Shown here: positions 24,802-33,746 of the stretch, in pieces
Layout of the letters: the number at the start of each line of letters is the position of its first letter
Numbering within the stretch: the stretch's first letter is position 1
Assembly (NCBI GenBank): GCA_001189095.1
Contig: LFCK01000001.1
Location: 84,485-148,484 of the forward strand
Length of the DNA: 64,000 bases
From: Parcubacteria bacterium C7867-001
GTDB taxonomy: Bacteria > Patescibacteriota > Minisyncoccia > Phycocordibacterales > Phycocordibacteraceae
Direction: 5' to 3'
Notes under the pieces: model-generated
Told to the model about the DNA's origin: nothing
The model's input: the letters and a program-made list of their open reading frames with translations, nothing else
The model's database searches: none
Position numbers and translations under genes: made by a program

Positions 24802-27210
24802 TTATTTCATGCTGGTGATCATGTCCCGCTCGATATCCGCGAAGGTACCACCAATTTTCTTGCCCGGATTGAAGATACTGAGTGGATCAAAAATGGTTTT
24901 GGTCTCGCGGAAGAGCTCCATCATCTTGGGGCCATATTGCTGTTCGAGATACGGTGTGCGAATGATGCCGTCGTTATGCTCGCCGGTCGTTGTACCGCCA
25001 TATTTGAGGACGAGGTCATACACTTTTGGTGCGAGCTCAAGAATGATTTTTCGTTGCTCGGGCTTCGTTACGTCCATGAGCGGAATGATATGGAAATTGC
25101 CGTTGCCGATGTGTCCAGCGGTCGTTTCAATGAGGTCGTATTTCCCGAGAAGTTCGTAGAGTTCCGGCAGGAATTTTGGATAGGTGTCGATAGGTACAAC
25201 GAAGTCGTCGATGAACGGCGAGGCGTAAAGGCCGGAAAGGTTTTTGCGTAGGAGCGCGAAACTTTCGCGTCGTACAATCCAGTATTTTTCTGCTGCCTGT
25301 TCGTTTTTTGCGATACGGGTCGGGAGCTTCATATCCTCAAGCTCCATCTGCGCGTCTTTTGCGCGACGGAATGCTGCGTCGGCGGAATCGTCCGAAAATT
25401 CCGCCATAAGGACGAGCTTCGGCACACCACCGCGCAGGACGAGCGAGACTTCAGGAAGGAAAGAAAGTCCGAGACGCACCGCTCGAGCAAGGCCCATCTG
25501 GGAAAGCATTTGCGGAAGGAAACGGATCGCGAGATTAAAGGTGTGATCGTCGTAGGACTCAAACGACTCAGGATTGTGCTTTATGACGCGATGCACTATT
25601 TCCGGAAGATGCGCGATATCTGAAAGGAAAACGATGAGCATCGCGCGGTGTTCCTTTGGCTTTACCAACGAGAGGGTCATCGAGGTTGTGAGTGCGAGCG
25701 TACCCTGCGCACCACAAATGAGCTTTGCGAGATTCATCGTGCCATTTTGGAAATCCATAACGTCCCAGAGCGCGTAGCCGGCGGAATTCTTCGAGATGTG
25801 TGGCTCGGCTGTTTGGATAACGCCGCGATTCTCGATGAGAAGCTTCGTCATTCTTCGGTAAATTTCGCCTTCCAGATTATCCTGTTTCTTTTTTTCTAGG
25901 AGTTCGTCGGGGCCAAGCTCTTTGAAGGTGGCTTGTGAGCCATCGGAAAGAACGACATCGACCGCTTCGATGTAGCGGCGGGTTTTTCCATATTCGAGCG
26001 TGCGCTCTCCTCCTGAGTCGTTGTTCACAATGCCGCCCATGCCCGCGATGGAGCGCGAAGCGGGGTAGGAAGGAAGAATAGCGTGATGCTTAAGCGTTTC
26101 CTTTTCGAAGTCGCGGTAGTAGGCCCCCGGCTCGGTTGTTGCTTCCTTTTCGGAGACAGGTCCGATGCGGTTCATATATTTGGTGAATACGGCGACGACG
26201 GAATTCGTGAGAGGACCTCCCGACATGTCGGTGCCTGCTGCGCGAGCGGTGACAGACACTTGTTCTCCGTGCTGCTTTGCTTCGCCGACGACACGAACAA
26301 GGGTGGACACGTCGTCTGCGTCTTTCGGGTACGCCACAAGGGAAGGTGTGCGGGTGAAGAGACTGGTGTCGCGGGAATATTTCTTGCGCTCTACAGCGTC
26401 GACTGAAAGGTCTCCTTTGAAGGATTCACGCAGCGTTTCCATGAGCGAGGTTTCGCTCCCTTCAGATCCGAGAATCTCGTCGATAGCACTCGCTGTTTCA
26501 AGAGGGCCGCTTACCTGTCGTGTTTTTATTCCAGTCTCTTTAACTACCTCGTCATTACCTCCCGCGAAAAGTGCGTCGCCCACGTAGAGCATTTCTGAAA
26601 CGGGCGTGCTAATCATTTGGGAAAACTTCCGAATGCCGTATGCCTTAGAAATGCCTTCTTTGGTGATGTCGATTGAGGTCGCGGCATTCATGCGGATGAA
26701 GTAGTGCGGCAGTCGCTTCACGAGTTCGTCAAAAAGCGGTTGGCGCTTTTTCCGATCAGGATCCCAGGCTTTCTTTTCAGCGGGAGGAGCTTCTTGTCCA
26801 AGTGCGGAGAAGGTGACTTCAGCGCCGCGGTCTTCGATGCGCTCGCCCCATGTTCGCTCGGGCGGGTTGGAAAATCCGGTTTTTGCCATAGCATCGTCGA
26901 GCGCGCGGAGTACTTCGCGACGCTCCGCGTCCGAGAAAGAATTGTCGTAGATGAGCGACCATCCGCCGTTCGTGAATTGGTAGCAATAACCAGCGGATAC
27001 GGGGAACAGAGAGAGATTTTTGAAATTCGCATTCTTCGGGAATGCTGGCAGAAGCTGGCGTTCGAACTGGTGCCATGCGCCGCCGCTCATGACGGCGACT
27101 GGATGCGTTGTGAGGAGTTTTGCGAGCACGGCACCCATCGCTGGCGTTACGGCTGACTTGCTTTCTGAAAGCGTTCCGTCGAGATCAAAGATAATCGCCT
27201 TGGTGCTCAT
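24802..27210 (-). CDS. Fusion protein: N-terminal HAD-IIB phosphatase/mutase-like domain plus C-terminal FAD-linked oxidase (FAD_binding_4 + FAD-oxidase_C)
   Basis: FDLDGTL HAD motif I at the N-terminus. Residues ~270-802 carry a PCMH-type FAD-binding domain (DADDVSTLVRVVGEAKQHGEQVSVTARAAGTDMSGG) and C-terminal GGTTTGEHNDGIIRTPY. Confidence 0.65.
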   Translation of the reverse strand: MSTKAIIFDLDGTLSESKSAVTPAMGAVLAKLLTTHPVAVMSGGAWHQFERQLLPAFPKNANFKNLSLFPVSAGYCYQFTNGGWSLIYDNSFSDAERREVLRALDDAMAKTGFSNPPERTWGERIEDRGAEVTFSALGQEAPPAEKKAWDPDRKKRQPLFDELVKRLPHYFIRMNAATSIDITKEGISKAYGIRKFSQMISTPVSEMLYVGDALFAGGNDEVVKETGIKTRQVSGPLETASAIDEILGSEGSETSLMETLRESFKGDLSVDAVERKKYSRDTSLFTRTPSLVAYPKDADDVSTLVRVVGEAKQHGEQVSVTARAAGTDMSGGPLTNSVVAVFTKYMNRIGPVSEKEATTEPGAYYRDFEKETLKHHAILPSYPASRSIAGMGGIVNNDSGGERTLEYGKTRRYIEAVDVVLSDGSQATFKELGPDELLEKKKQDNLEGEIYRRMTKLLIENRGVIQTAEPHISKNSAGYALWDVMDFQNGTMNLAKLICGAQGTLALTTSMTLSLVKPKEHRAMLIVFLSDIAHLPEIVHRVIKHNPESFESYDDHTFNLAIRFLPQMLSQMGLARAVRLGLSFLPEVSLVLRGGVPKLVLMAEFSDDSADAAFRRAKDAQMELEDMKLPTRIAKNEQAAEKYWIVRRESFALLRKNLSGLYASPFIDDFVVPIDTYPKFLPELYELLGKYDLIETTAGHIGNGNFHIIPLMDVTKPEQRKIILELAPKVYDLVLKYGGTTTGEHNDGIIRTPYLEQQYGPKMMELFRETKTIFDPLSIFNPGKKIGGTFADIERDMITSMK

Positions 27211-29135
27211 ATGTTTGGAAGAAGTTTCTTCATAAGCGCGCTTTTTGAAACCGTTGCTACTGCAAGCGCAGAATCTCCGCCGCCGTAATACACGAAGAGT
27301 GTATCTTCACGCAGGATGGAACCGCAGGAGAAGACCACGTTTGGGATTTCACCGATACGCTCCCAATCCAGTAGTGGCTCGAGTATAGGAACCGCGCTGC
27401 GTGCGAGTACCGAGACCCCGTCGGCTCCAAGGAGTGCCGCTCCAAGACGGTAGGCGTGATCGTGCCCAACGCCATGGTAGATGAAGAGCCAGCCCTCAGG
27501 AACTTTTATAGGTGGCCCGGCAGCGCCTATCTTTATTCCGTCCCACATTCCCGGACGCGGACCCATGACCTCGATACAACGGTTCGCGACGCGTTCAAAC
27601 TCAGTTGATTCAAACTGGTCGGCGCAGATGGTCGGGTCGAGTCGGTGGAGGAGCATCACTTTTCCATTCACGAGCTCGGGAAAAAGAGCGAGATCTTTGT
27701 CCGCAACGTCTTCCGGCGTCACCAGTTTTGGCGTCGCCCACTCCGTGAATTTCTTTGCGCGGAATGCGTCGACGGAAATAGAGCTTATCGTGCCGCGCGG
27801 CGGATGCACGCCGTCGTACGACGTATAGCAAAGGTAGATGGTGTCGCCGATGCGTGTGAGACGCGGATCTTCGCAGCCTGAATTGCCGTGCGCGTCACCA
27901 AGTTTTTGTTCGAATGGTTCGCGTGGGAGATATACGGGCGCGTCGAGTTTCTCATCGATATGCAGTCCGTCTTTGAGTCGTGCATAGCCAAGCACCGAAG
28001 TGTTTTCGAGACCCATGGCTCGATAGAGAAGATGTATCGAACCATCAAGATCGATTGCGGCAGCGTTCATCACATTCTTTGACTCCCATGAGTGTTCAGG
28101 ATTCGGTTCGAGAATGGGATTGTGCTGCACGCGGGTAAGGAACATCGAGCGCTTGGTTTCGCTCATCGTGTCGTAGAGGTCGGCAAACGAAAGTGCTGCC
28201 GTTGCGCACGAAGTGTCGGCGGCTCCGTAGTAAATCTCAAGGCGGTCGCCATTGAGGAGCGCGCCCGAGGGGAAGACGACGTTCGCAACGAGTCCGTAGC
28301 GTTCGTAAAACTCTTCTGGGACCATGAAGGGATAGGCGGTCTTTGCGAGCACTTTGCGCGGATCAGAAGCGTCGAGGATGAGTGCTTCTACCCCGAAAAT
28401 GCGTGCGTGCTCGTCGTAATAATTCTGTATGTGCGAATAGACGAGCAACCATCCATGCTCGGTCTTGATGGGTGTTGCTGCGACCTCCATGTGTTCGCTA
28501 TCGGCGCGACGAACGTCTGGAAGGGCGTGTTCGCCCAGATTCTGGTGCCACGCTTCCCAGTATGTTGGATTGAAAAAATCAGAAACTTCTTTTGCGCGCG
28601 CAATGCCGATGGTCGGGCGCGGATGCTCGGGGGTAAAGTCAGTATGTGCGGTAAGGAGAAGACAGACTTCACCGTCGACGCGCTCAGGGAAGAGTGTCAT
28701 CGCTTTTGCGTTAAAGGGCGTGATGAGGTGCTTTTCGGTGAGGGCGTCCGGCGTGGTGCCCATCGCGACTGCGCATTTAATGTTGTCTGGGCCAAACGGG
28801 TAGCCGCCAAGTGCGGTATAGAAGACGTACCACTTTCCTTCAAAAAAAGTTGCGCGTGGATCCTCGCAGCCATACGCGTCCCACGATTCAGACGGCGCGA
28901 TGACGCGTGTACGCTCGCTGGTAAGTCCGCCATTTGCAAAGAGTGCGTGGCCGATAGTTGAGAAGCTGCGATCCGGCGTCCGCAGTTTGTCCGGTTCCGC
29001 TCCAGCGCGATAGAAGATATGCGTATCGCCGTTCGTTCGAACGGCCGAAGGATTATATGCAGCGACATTTTCCCAGCCGTGCTCGCGCATCGGCGTAATG
29101 AGGGGGTTCTTGCTTGAGCGTTGTATGGCAAGCAT
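27207..29135 (-). CDS. Tandem glycoside hydrolase family 130 (GH130) protein, mannoside phosphorylase-like
   Basis: Two GH130/DUF377-like units, each with NP(L/I)(I/L)(T/E)P...W...NP.A...G...YRA...G.A...DG.H...P...GCEDPR. Confidence 0.65.
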   Translation of the reverse strand: MLAIQRSSKNPLITPMREHGWENVAAYNPSAVRTNGDTHIFYRAGAEPDKLRTPDRSFSTIGHALFANGGLTSERTRVIAPSESWDAYGCEDPRATFFEGKWYVFYTALGGYPFGPDNIKCAVAMGTTPDALTEKHLITPFNAKAMTLFPERVDGEVCLLLTAHTDFTPEHPRPTIGIARAKEVSDFFNPTYWEAWHQNLGEHALPDVRRADSEHMEVAATPIKTEHGWLLVYSHIQNYYDEHARIFGVEALILDASDPRKVLAKTAYPFMVPEEFYERYGLVANVVFPSGALLNGDRLEIYYGAADTSCATAALSFADLYDTMSETKRSMFLTRVQHNPILEPNPEHSWESKNVMNAAAIDLDGSIHLLYRAMGLENTSVLGYARLKDGLHIDEKLDAPVYLPREPFEQKLGDAHGNSGCEDPRLTRIGDTIYLCYTSYDGVHPPRGTISSISVDAFRAKKFTEWATPKLVTPEDVADKDLALFPELVNGKVMLLHRLDPTICADQFESTEFERVANRCIEVMGPRPGMWDGIKIGAAGPPIKVPEGWLFIYHGVGHDHAYRLGAALLGADGVSVLARSAVPILEPLLDWERIGEIPNVVFSCGSILREDTLFVYYGGGDSALAVATVSKSALMKKLLPNI

Positions 29136-29137
29136 AG

Positions 29138-30301
29138 CTAGGTGAAAGCGAGTGCGGGAGCGACGGGATGAATCGGCTTCGGTGCCTTGAGACGCTTGAG
29201 AAAACCTCCGAGTTCAATTTTTGCGGAGCAAACCACTGTATCTGCAGCGCCATAGTACACACGCAAAAATCCATCTTGTATCAGCGCACCGCATGCGTAC
29301 ACAATGCCTGATTTCGCGCCTTCGTTTTCGTAGTGCGCGTCGGGCACCAGTGCCGGAACTGAGGAGCGCGCGATGACTTTGCGTGGGTCTGCAAGATCGA
29401 GGAGTGCTGCGCCAAGCTTGTATCGATGTGATTCGTGGTCGGTCGCGTGATAGAGCACGAGCCATCCTTCGGGGGTCCGTATCGGCGGCGGTCCTGCACT
29501 ACGCATGCGCTTGTGCCACGATATCGGGTTGTCGGGCAGTGCGTTTGGATCGGGACTCTCTGTCTTCAGCTGGCTTGGCGTAAACGAGGCGATATCTTCA
29601 ACGTAATCGACGCGAACCGATGAAGGGTCTCCCGTGTGAAGATTGTGGAGTACGGCAAAATTCCCCTGTATCTTTCCGGGAAAGAGCACCCAGTTCTTGT
29701 GCCGCTCTCCCTGAGGCGATAGAAATACGGGTTTCGTCCAGCGCCACCGTTTGTGGGTGAGATCGTCAAGGGAGATGGAGGTAATCGCAACGCGCATCGA
29801 ATCCCAGCCATTGAACAAATTGTAGGTAAGGTACATGCGATCATCGATGACGACCGCGCGCGGGTCTTCAACACCGCTCCAACTTCCTCCTGAGCCGTAG
29901 AGTCCTGGATCGTACTTCGCATTTTTCGGATCGTATGGCTGAACGTTTTGGTGCGCGAACACCGGATAGGGAAGTCGTTCATCAAAATGCACCCCATCCT
30001 TACTCGATGCATACCCAATGCGCGAAACGCCGTCGGCGCCTATCGCTCGATAAAAAAGATGCACCTTACCATCCGCTTCAACGACGCCGGGATTCATAAC
30101 GGCGTTCTGCTCCCAGTCATACGTGGTTGCCTTAAGAATTGGATTAGCCTCTTCGCGGGAGAGCCCAAGCGAGCGGGTAAACGCAATGAGACGCTCGTGG
30201 AATTCTATCCACCGGGCAAGTTTCCAGAACGCGTAAAGCATCAATCCGGTCGTACCGAGCGCGAAGAGGAGTGCGGCGAGAAGCGCAAGAAGCTCCAGCA
30301 T
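29138..30301 (-). CDS. Membrane-anchored GH130-family protein
   Basis: N-terminal TM helix, then NPILKATTYDWEQNAVMNPGVVEADGKVHLFYRAIG...GVEDPR. Confidence 0.65.
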   Translation of the reverse strand: MLELLALLAALLFALGTTGLMLYAFWKLARWIEFHERLIAFTRSLGLSREEANPILKATTYDWEQNAVMNPGVVEADGKVHLFYRAIGADGVSRIGYASSKDGVHFDERLPYPVFAHQNVQPYDPKNAKYDPGLYGSGGSWSGVEDPRAVVIDDRMYLTYNLFNGWDSMRVAITSISLDDLTHKRWRWTKPVFLSPQGERHKNWVLFPGKIQGNFAVLHNLHTGDPSSVRVDYVEDIASFTPSQLKTESPDPNALPDNPISWHKRMRSAGPPPIRTPEGWLVLYHATDHESHRYKLGAALLDLADPRKVIARSSVPALVPDAHYENEGAKSGIVYACGALIQDGFLRVYYGAADTVVCSAKIELGGFLKRLKAPKPIHPVAPALAFT

Positions 30302-30304
30302 AGA

Positions 30305-30658
30305 TTAGGTGCGTCCGAAATCGTCTTCCATGCGCTCGATATCGTTTTCGTCGTATTCACCAAAAGAAATTTCAAGAACTGAAATTCCTTCATCGCTACC
30401 GGACAGACGATGTAGTGTTCCTGCAGGAATTTCTATGACATCTCCCTTTGAAACCGCGCGCTCCTCAGTTCCTACGGTCGCCGTGCCGCTTCCCTCTATG
30501 ACGCGCCAGTATTCGGAGCGCTTGCTGTGCTTTTGCAGGGAAAAGCGCTTATTTGGCAGGACGTGAAGTATTTTTACGGTCGTCGCTTCATTGCTCGTGA
30601 AGCGCTCGGGGGTGCCCCAAGGCCTTGATTCGTCGGAATAGTAGGAAAGCAGGGACAT
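30305..30658 (-). CDS. Cupin-domain protein, mannose-6-phosphate isomerase (type II, ManC C-terminal) like
   Basis: RPWG...VKILHVLPNKRFSLQKHSKRSEYWRVIEGSG...IPAGTLHRL...EISFGEYDENDIERMEDDFGR matches the PMI cupin motif. Confidence 0.65.
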   Translation of the reverse strand: MSLLSYYSDESRPWGTPERFTSNEATTVKILHVLPNKRFSLQKHSKRSEYWRVIEGSGTATVGTEERAVSKGDVIEIPAGTLHRLSGSDEGISVLEISFGEYDENDIERMEDDFGRT

Positions 30659-30706
30659 GGCAGTCTCTTTTCCTTAAGTATAGCGTGCGTACGTGCCGCT
30701 TATGTA

Positions 30707-30735
30707 CCTATATATGGTGCATAACGCGTATACAA
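30707..30735 (-). promoter_or_regulatory. Candidate promoter TTGTAT-16-ATATAG for the cupin/GH130/HAD-FAD operon
   Basis: Read on the minus strand; the 5' UTR has an AAGGAAAAG RBS. Confidence 0.3.
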
Positions 30736-30768
30736 AAAGGCGCGCCCTAGGGGCGCGCCTTTGCTTTA
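30733..30768. terminator. Intrinsic terminator
   Basis: AGGCGCGCCC-TAG(G)-GGGCGCGCCT then TTGCTTT; serves the minus-strand gene 30766..31200. Confidence 0.55.
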
Positions 30769-31200
30769 CGAATCGACTTGAAACGACTTCGACTCCCAAT
30801 CAAAGAACATGGGAAGCGAGGCCAGGAACAAGCTGGCGTAGAACCATGTGATAGGTCCTGTTAAAGGACGCATGTTCACGTAGCCGGGCTCCAAGAGTCC
30901 GAGCGAGACGAACAGTTCGTGGCCGAATGTGGTCGCGAATCCGACGAGCATGAGCCCGAGGATAAGCACGATCATGTCGACGAAGAAAATAATGAACGCC
31001 GAGAGCGGGCGACCTTTAAAGAGGTGGTGCCCAATCTGGATGAGGCCGCCAACGCCGGCAGCGAACATCAGAACTGCGACGATTTCGTATTCATTGAAAT
31101 CGCCAATCACCGGAACGTAGATGAGCCAGTGGGCGAAGAGTGACGCGAGTACGCCCGCGACGCATATCGCCATCATCAGCTGGCGGAACAATCGGTACAT
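30766..31200 (-). CDS. Membrane protein, hypothetical
   Basis: Four TM helices; 144 aa. Confidence 0.45.
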   Translation of the reverse strand: MYRLFRQLMMAICVAGVLASLFAHWLIYVPVIGDFNEYEIVAVLMFAAGVGGLIQIGHHLFKGRPLSAFIIFFVDMIVLILGLMLVGFATTFGHELFVSLGLLEPGYVNMRPLTGPITWFYASLFLASLPMFFDWESKSFQVDS

Positions 31201-31301
31201 AGGGAACCTCCTGTCGTTGTTCTAAAATTATATTTACATATAAAATAAAGAGTGTCAATTTTCGTGCCTCACGACCAGTGCGGTATACTGCTCAATAACG
31301 C

Positions 31302-32255
31302 ATGGCCGAATCTGAAAAGAAAGCGCCCGCACTCCATGTCGCGGGCCTCAAAAAGACGTATCAAAAGAAGGGGTCGCCCGTAACCGAAGCGCTTAAAGGC
31401 GTTGATCTTACGATTGAGAGTGGCGAGTTTTTTGCGCTCCTCGGACCTAATGGTGCTGGTAAGACGTCGCTCATCGGCATCCTCGCCGGTCTTGTTGCAA
31501 AAAGTGCAGGGACGGTCGAGGTGAACGGAATTTCTATAGACACGGATCCTGACACCGCAAAGAGCTTTATCGGACTTGTGCCGCAGGAATTTAATTTCAG
31601 TATCTTCGAAAAGGTAGAGGATATCGTCATGGATCAGGCCGGTTACTACGGCATCTCTCGTGCAGAAGCGCGTCCGGTATGCGACCAGCTCCTCAAGGAT
31701 CTCGGGCTCTGGGAAAAGCGTCAGGCAAAGGCCCAATCGCTTTCGGGTGGCATGAAGCGTCGCCTGCTCATTGCCCGCGCGCTCATTCATAAGCCATCCA
31801 TCCTCCTTCTTGATGAACCGACGGCCGGCGTCGATGTTGAACTGCGTCGCGGCATGTGGGAATTCCTCCAGAAGCTTTCAGGCTCGGGAGTGACCATCAT
31901 TCTTACCACGCACTATCTCGAAGAGGCGGAACAGCTTGCGAAGCGCGTGGCGATCATCACGAAAGGTCAGATCATCGAACAGGGAACGGTGAAGGAACTC
32001 CTCTCGAAGCTCAATTACGTAACCCTTATTCTCGATACGAAGGAGCCGGTGAAGGACGCCGCGCTCCATCTCCTTGAAGATATGGGAGTGAAGCGTATTG
32101 ATGAAATGACGCTCGAATTCAACCTCTCGCCGGGGCAGACGGTCAACGATGCGATCCGTCGCTTTGCGTCGACCGGTATCGACATCATGAATGTCCGTAA
32201 CGCAGGCTCGCGACTCGAAGAGATTTTCATGAACGTTATCGAGAAACACAAATAA
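31302..32255 (+). CDS. ABC transporter ATP-binding protein (ABC-2/DrrA-like)
   Basis: Walker A GPNGAGKT, signature LSGGMKRRL, Walker B ILLLDEP. Confidence 0.9.
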   Translation: MAESEKKAPALHVAGLKKTYQKKGSPVTEALKGVDLTIESGEFFALLGPNGAGKTSLIGILAGLVAKSAGTVEVNGISIDTDPDTAKSFIGLVPQEFNFSIFEKVEDIVMDQAGYYGISRAEARPVCDQLLKDLGLWEKRQAKAQSLSGGMKRRLLIARALIHKPSILLLDEPTAGVDVELRRGMWEFLQKLSGSGVTIILTTHYLEEAEQLAKRVAIITKGQIIEQGTVKELLSKLNYVTLILDTKEPVKDAALHLLEDMGVKRIDEMTLEFNLSPGQTVNDAIRRFASTGIDIMNVRNAGSRLEEIFMNVIEKHK

Positions 32256-32259
32256 TCCT

Positions 32260-33030
32260 ATGCACTCTCCCGCACTCATCGGCTACTACACCATGGTTAG
32301 GAAGGACGTCTTCCGGATTTTCCGTATCTGGACGCAAACGCTGCTTCCGCCGGTCATCACGAACGTCCTCTACTTCACGATTTTCGGAACGTTCATCGGC
32401 AGCCAGCTGCAGGAAATCAACGGCCACTCCTACATGCAGTTCATCGTGCCCGGCCTCGTCATGATGACCATCATTACGAGCGCGTACATGAACACCGTTT
32501 CGACCTTCTACTTCGCAAAATTCATCAAGAACATCGAGGAACTGCTCGTTTCTCCGATGCCGAGCTGGGTTATTGTCGCTGGATTCGTGACGGGTGGTGT
32601 CGTGCGTTCGTTCCTTGTGGGAACGCTCGTCATCCTCACCTCACTTTTCTTCACGCACATAGTAGTTGCGAATGTCCTTATCATTTTCGCTGCGGCGTTC
32701 CTCACCTCGTTCCTTTTCTCGCTTGCTGGTCTCGTGAATGGCTTCTTCGCCAACTCGTTCGACGCGATTTCCATCATCCCGACCTTCGTGCTGACCCCGC
32801 TTACCTATCTCGGCGGCGTCTTCTACTCGATTGAGGCACTCCCGCCTTTCTTCAAGACCCTTTCGCTCCTGAATCCGATCCTCTACATGGTGAACGCCTT
32901 CCGCTACGGCTTCCTCGGATTCTCCGACGTGCCCATTGACGTCTGCTTCTATGTGCTCGGCGGCCTTACGGTGCTTTTCTTCGGTATCACGCTCGCGCTC
33001 TTCATCAAGGGAACTGGGTTCAAGAATTAA
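32260..33030 (+). CDS. ABC-2 type transporter permease
   Basis: Six TM helices immediately after the ATPase gene. Confidence 0.8.
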   Translation: MHSPALIGYYTMVRKDVFRIFRIWTQTLLPPVITNVLYFTIFGTFIGSQLQEINGHSYMQFIVPGLVMMTIITSAYMNTVSTFYFAKFIKNIEELLVSPMPSWVIVAGFVTGGVVRSFLVGTLVILTSLFFTHIVVANVLIIFAAAFLTSFLFSLAGLVNGFFANSFDAISIIPTFVLTPLTYLGGVFYSIEALPPFFKTLSLLNPILYMVNAFRYGFLGFSDVPIDVCFYVLGGLTVLFFGITLALFIKGTGFKN

Positions 33031-33039
33031 GGGCGCTCG

Positions 33040-33198
33040 GGAATTAAAAACCAAGCGAAGAGTCGCTCTCGACGCTGAAAAGGACGGGGCTCGTTACGAA
33101 AAATCGAAGAACTCGCTATGCTCAAACAGCTTCAATTTTTCTACTCGCCAACCGTCCTTTTCAGCGTCTCCACTCCAAGGCTTGGTTTTTAATTCCCT
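33040..33198. repeat. Bipartite long-range inverted repeat (outer 18-bp arms GGGAATTAAAAACCAAGC / GCTTGGTTTTTAATTCCC; inner 17-bp arms GACGCTGAAAAGGACGG / CCGTCCTTTTCAGCGTC)
   Basis: Both arm pairs are perfect reverse complements. Layout is a 14-nt bulge, the inner stem, a ~64-nt loop, then an 11-nt bulge. It sits in the convergent spacer after the ABC permease stop. Confidence 0.85.
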
Positions 33199-33217
33199 CG
33201 CTGATTGAGGGATAAGG

Positions 33218-33252
33218 AAACGGCCGCCCTTTGGGCGGCCGTTGTTGTTTTT
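33218..33252. terminator. Bidirectional intrinsic terminator
   Basis: AAACGGCCGCCC-TTTG-GGCGGCCGTTGTTGTTTTT. Confidence 0.6.
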
Positions 33253-33655
33253 ATGCGGCGACTTTCGCGTCTCTGCTGTTTGCGTACGCCGTGAGCATCT
33301 GTCCGCTCTCGATGAGCATTGCTGCATGTACGCGTGCGCAGGGCCACGTCGACGCGAGCAGCTCCTTGTAGAAATGCTCGAACGATCCGCCCCTTACCGA
33401 CACGGAGAAGGTGCCAGCCCCCGCAGGACCGTATATTTCGACGGTCGCATCCACTCGAGGTGCTTCTTGTTTGAAACGAAACACTCGGACTTGAATGTTG
33501 CGAACAGAAATGATCTGGGTGTTGCCGATCTCCTTGAGATAGGCAAGACATCCTTCGTAGACCTGCCGTGCATGGTCCGGATGGAGCGGTTCGTCCCTTC
33601 CGTGGGGCGCCAGATGTAGGCTGGAATCGATTGATATGTTCGGCCCAAGACTCAT
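33251..33655 (-). CDS. Hypothetical protein
   Basis: 134-aa ORF; no recognised motif. Confidence 0.4.
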   Translation of the reverse strand: MSLGPNISIDSSLHLAPHGRDEPLHPDHARQVYEGCLAYLKEIGNTQIISVRNIQVRVFRFKQEAPRVDATVEIYGPAGAGTFSVSVRGGSFEHFYKELLASTWPCARVHAAMLIESGQMLTAYANSRDAKVAA

Positions 33656-33746
33656 GAGAACCTCCTTGTTCTATGGCGCACTCTAGGCTGCGGCGTCCAC
33701 GGAGTCAAATCGTTTCCGGTGCAGCTTTCGTATATACTGATCCGAT

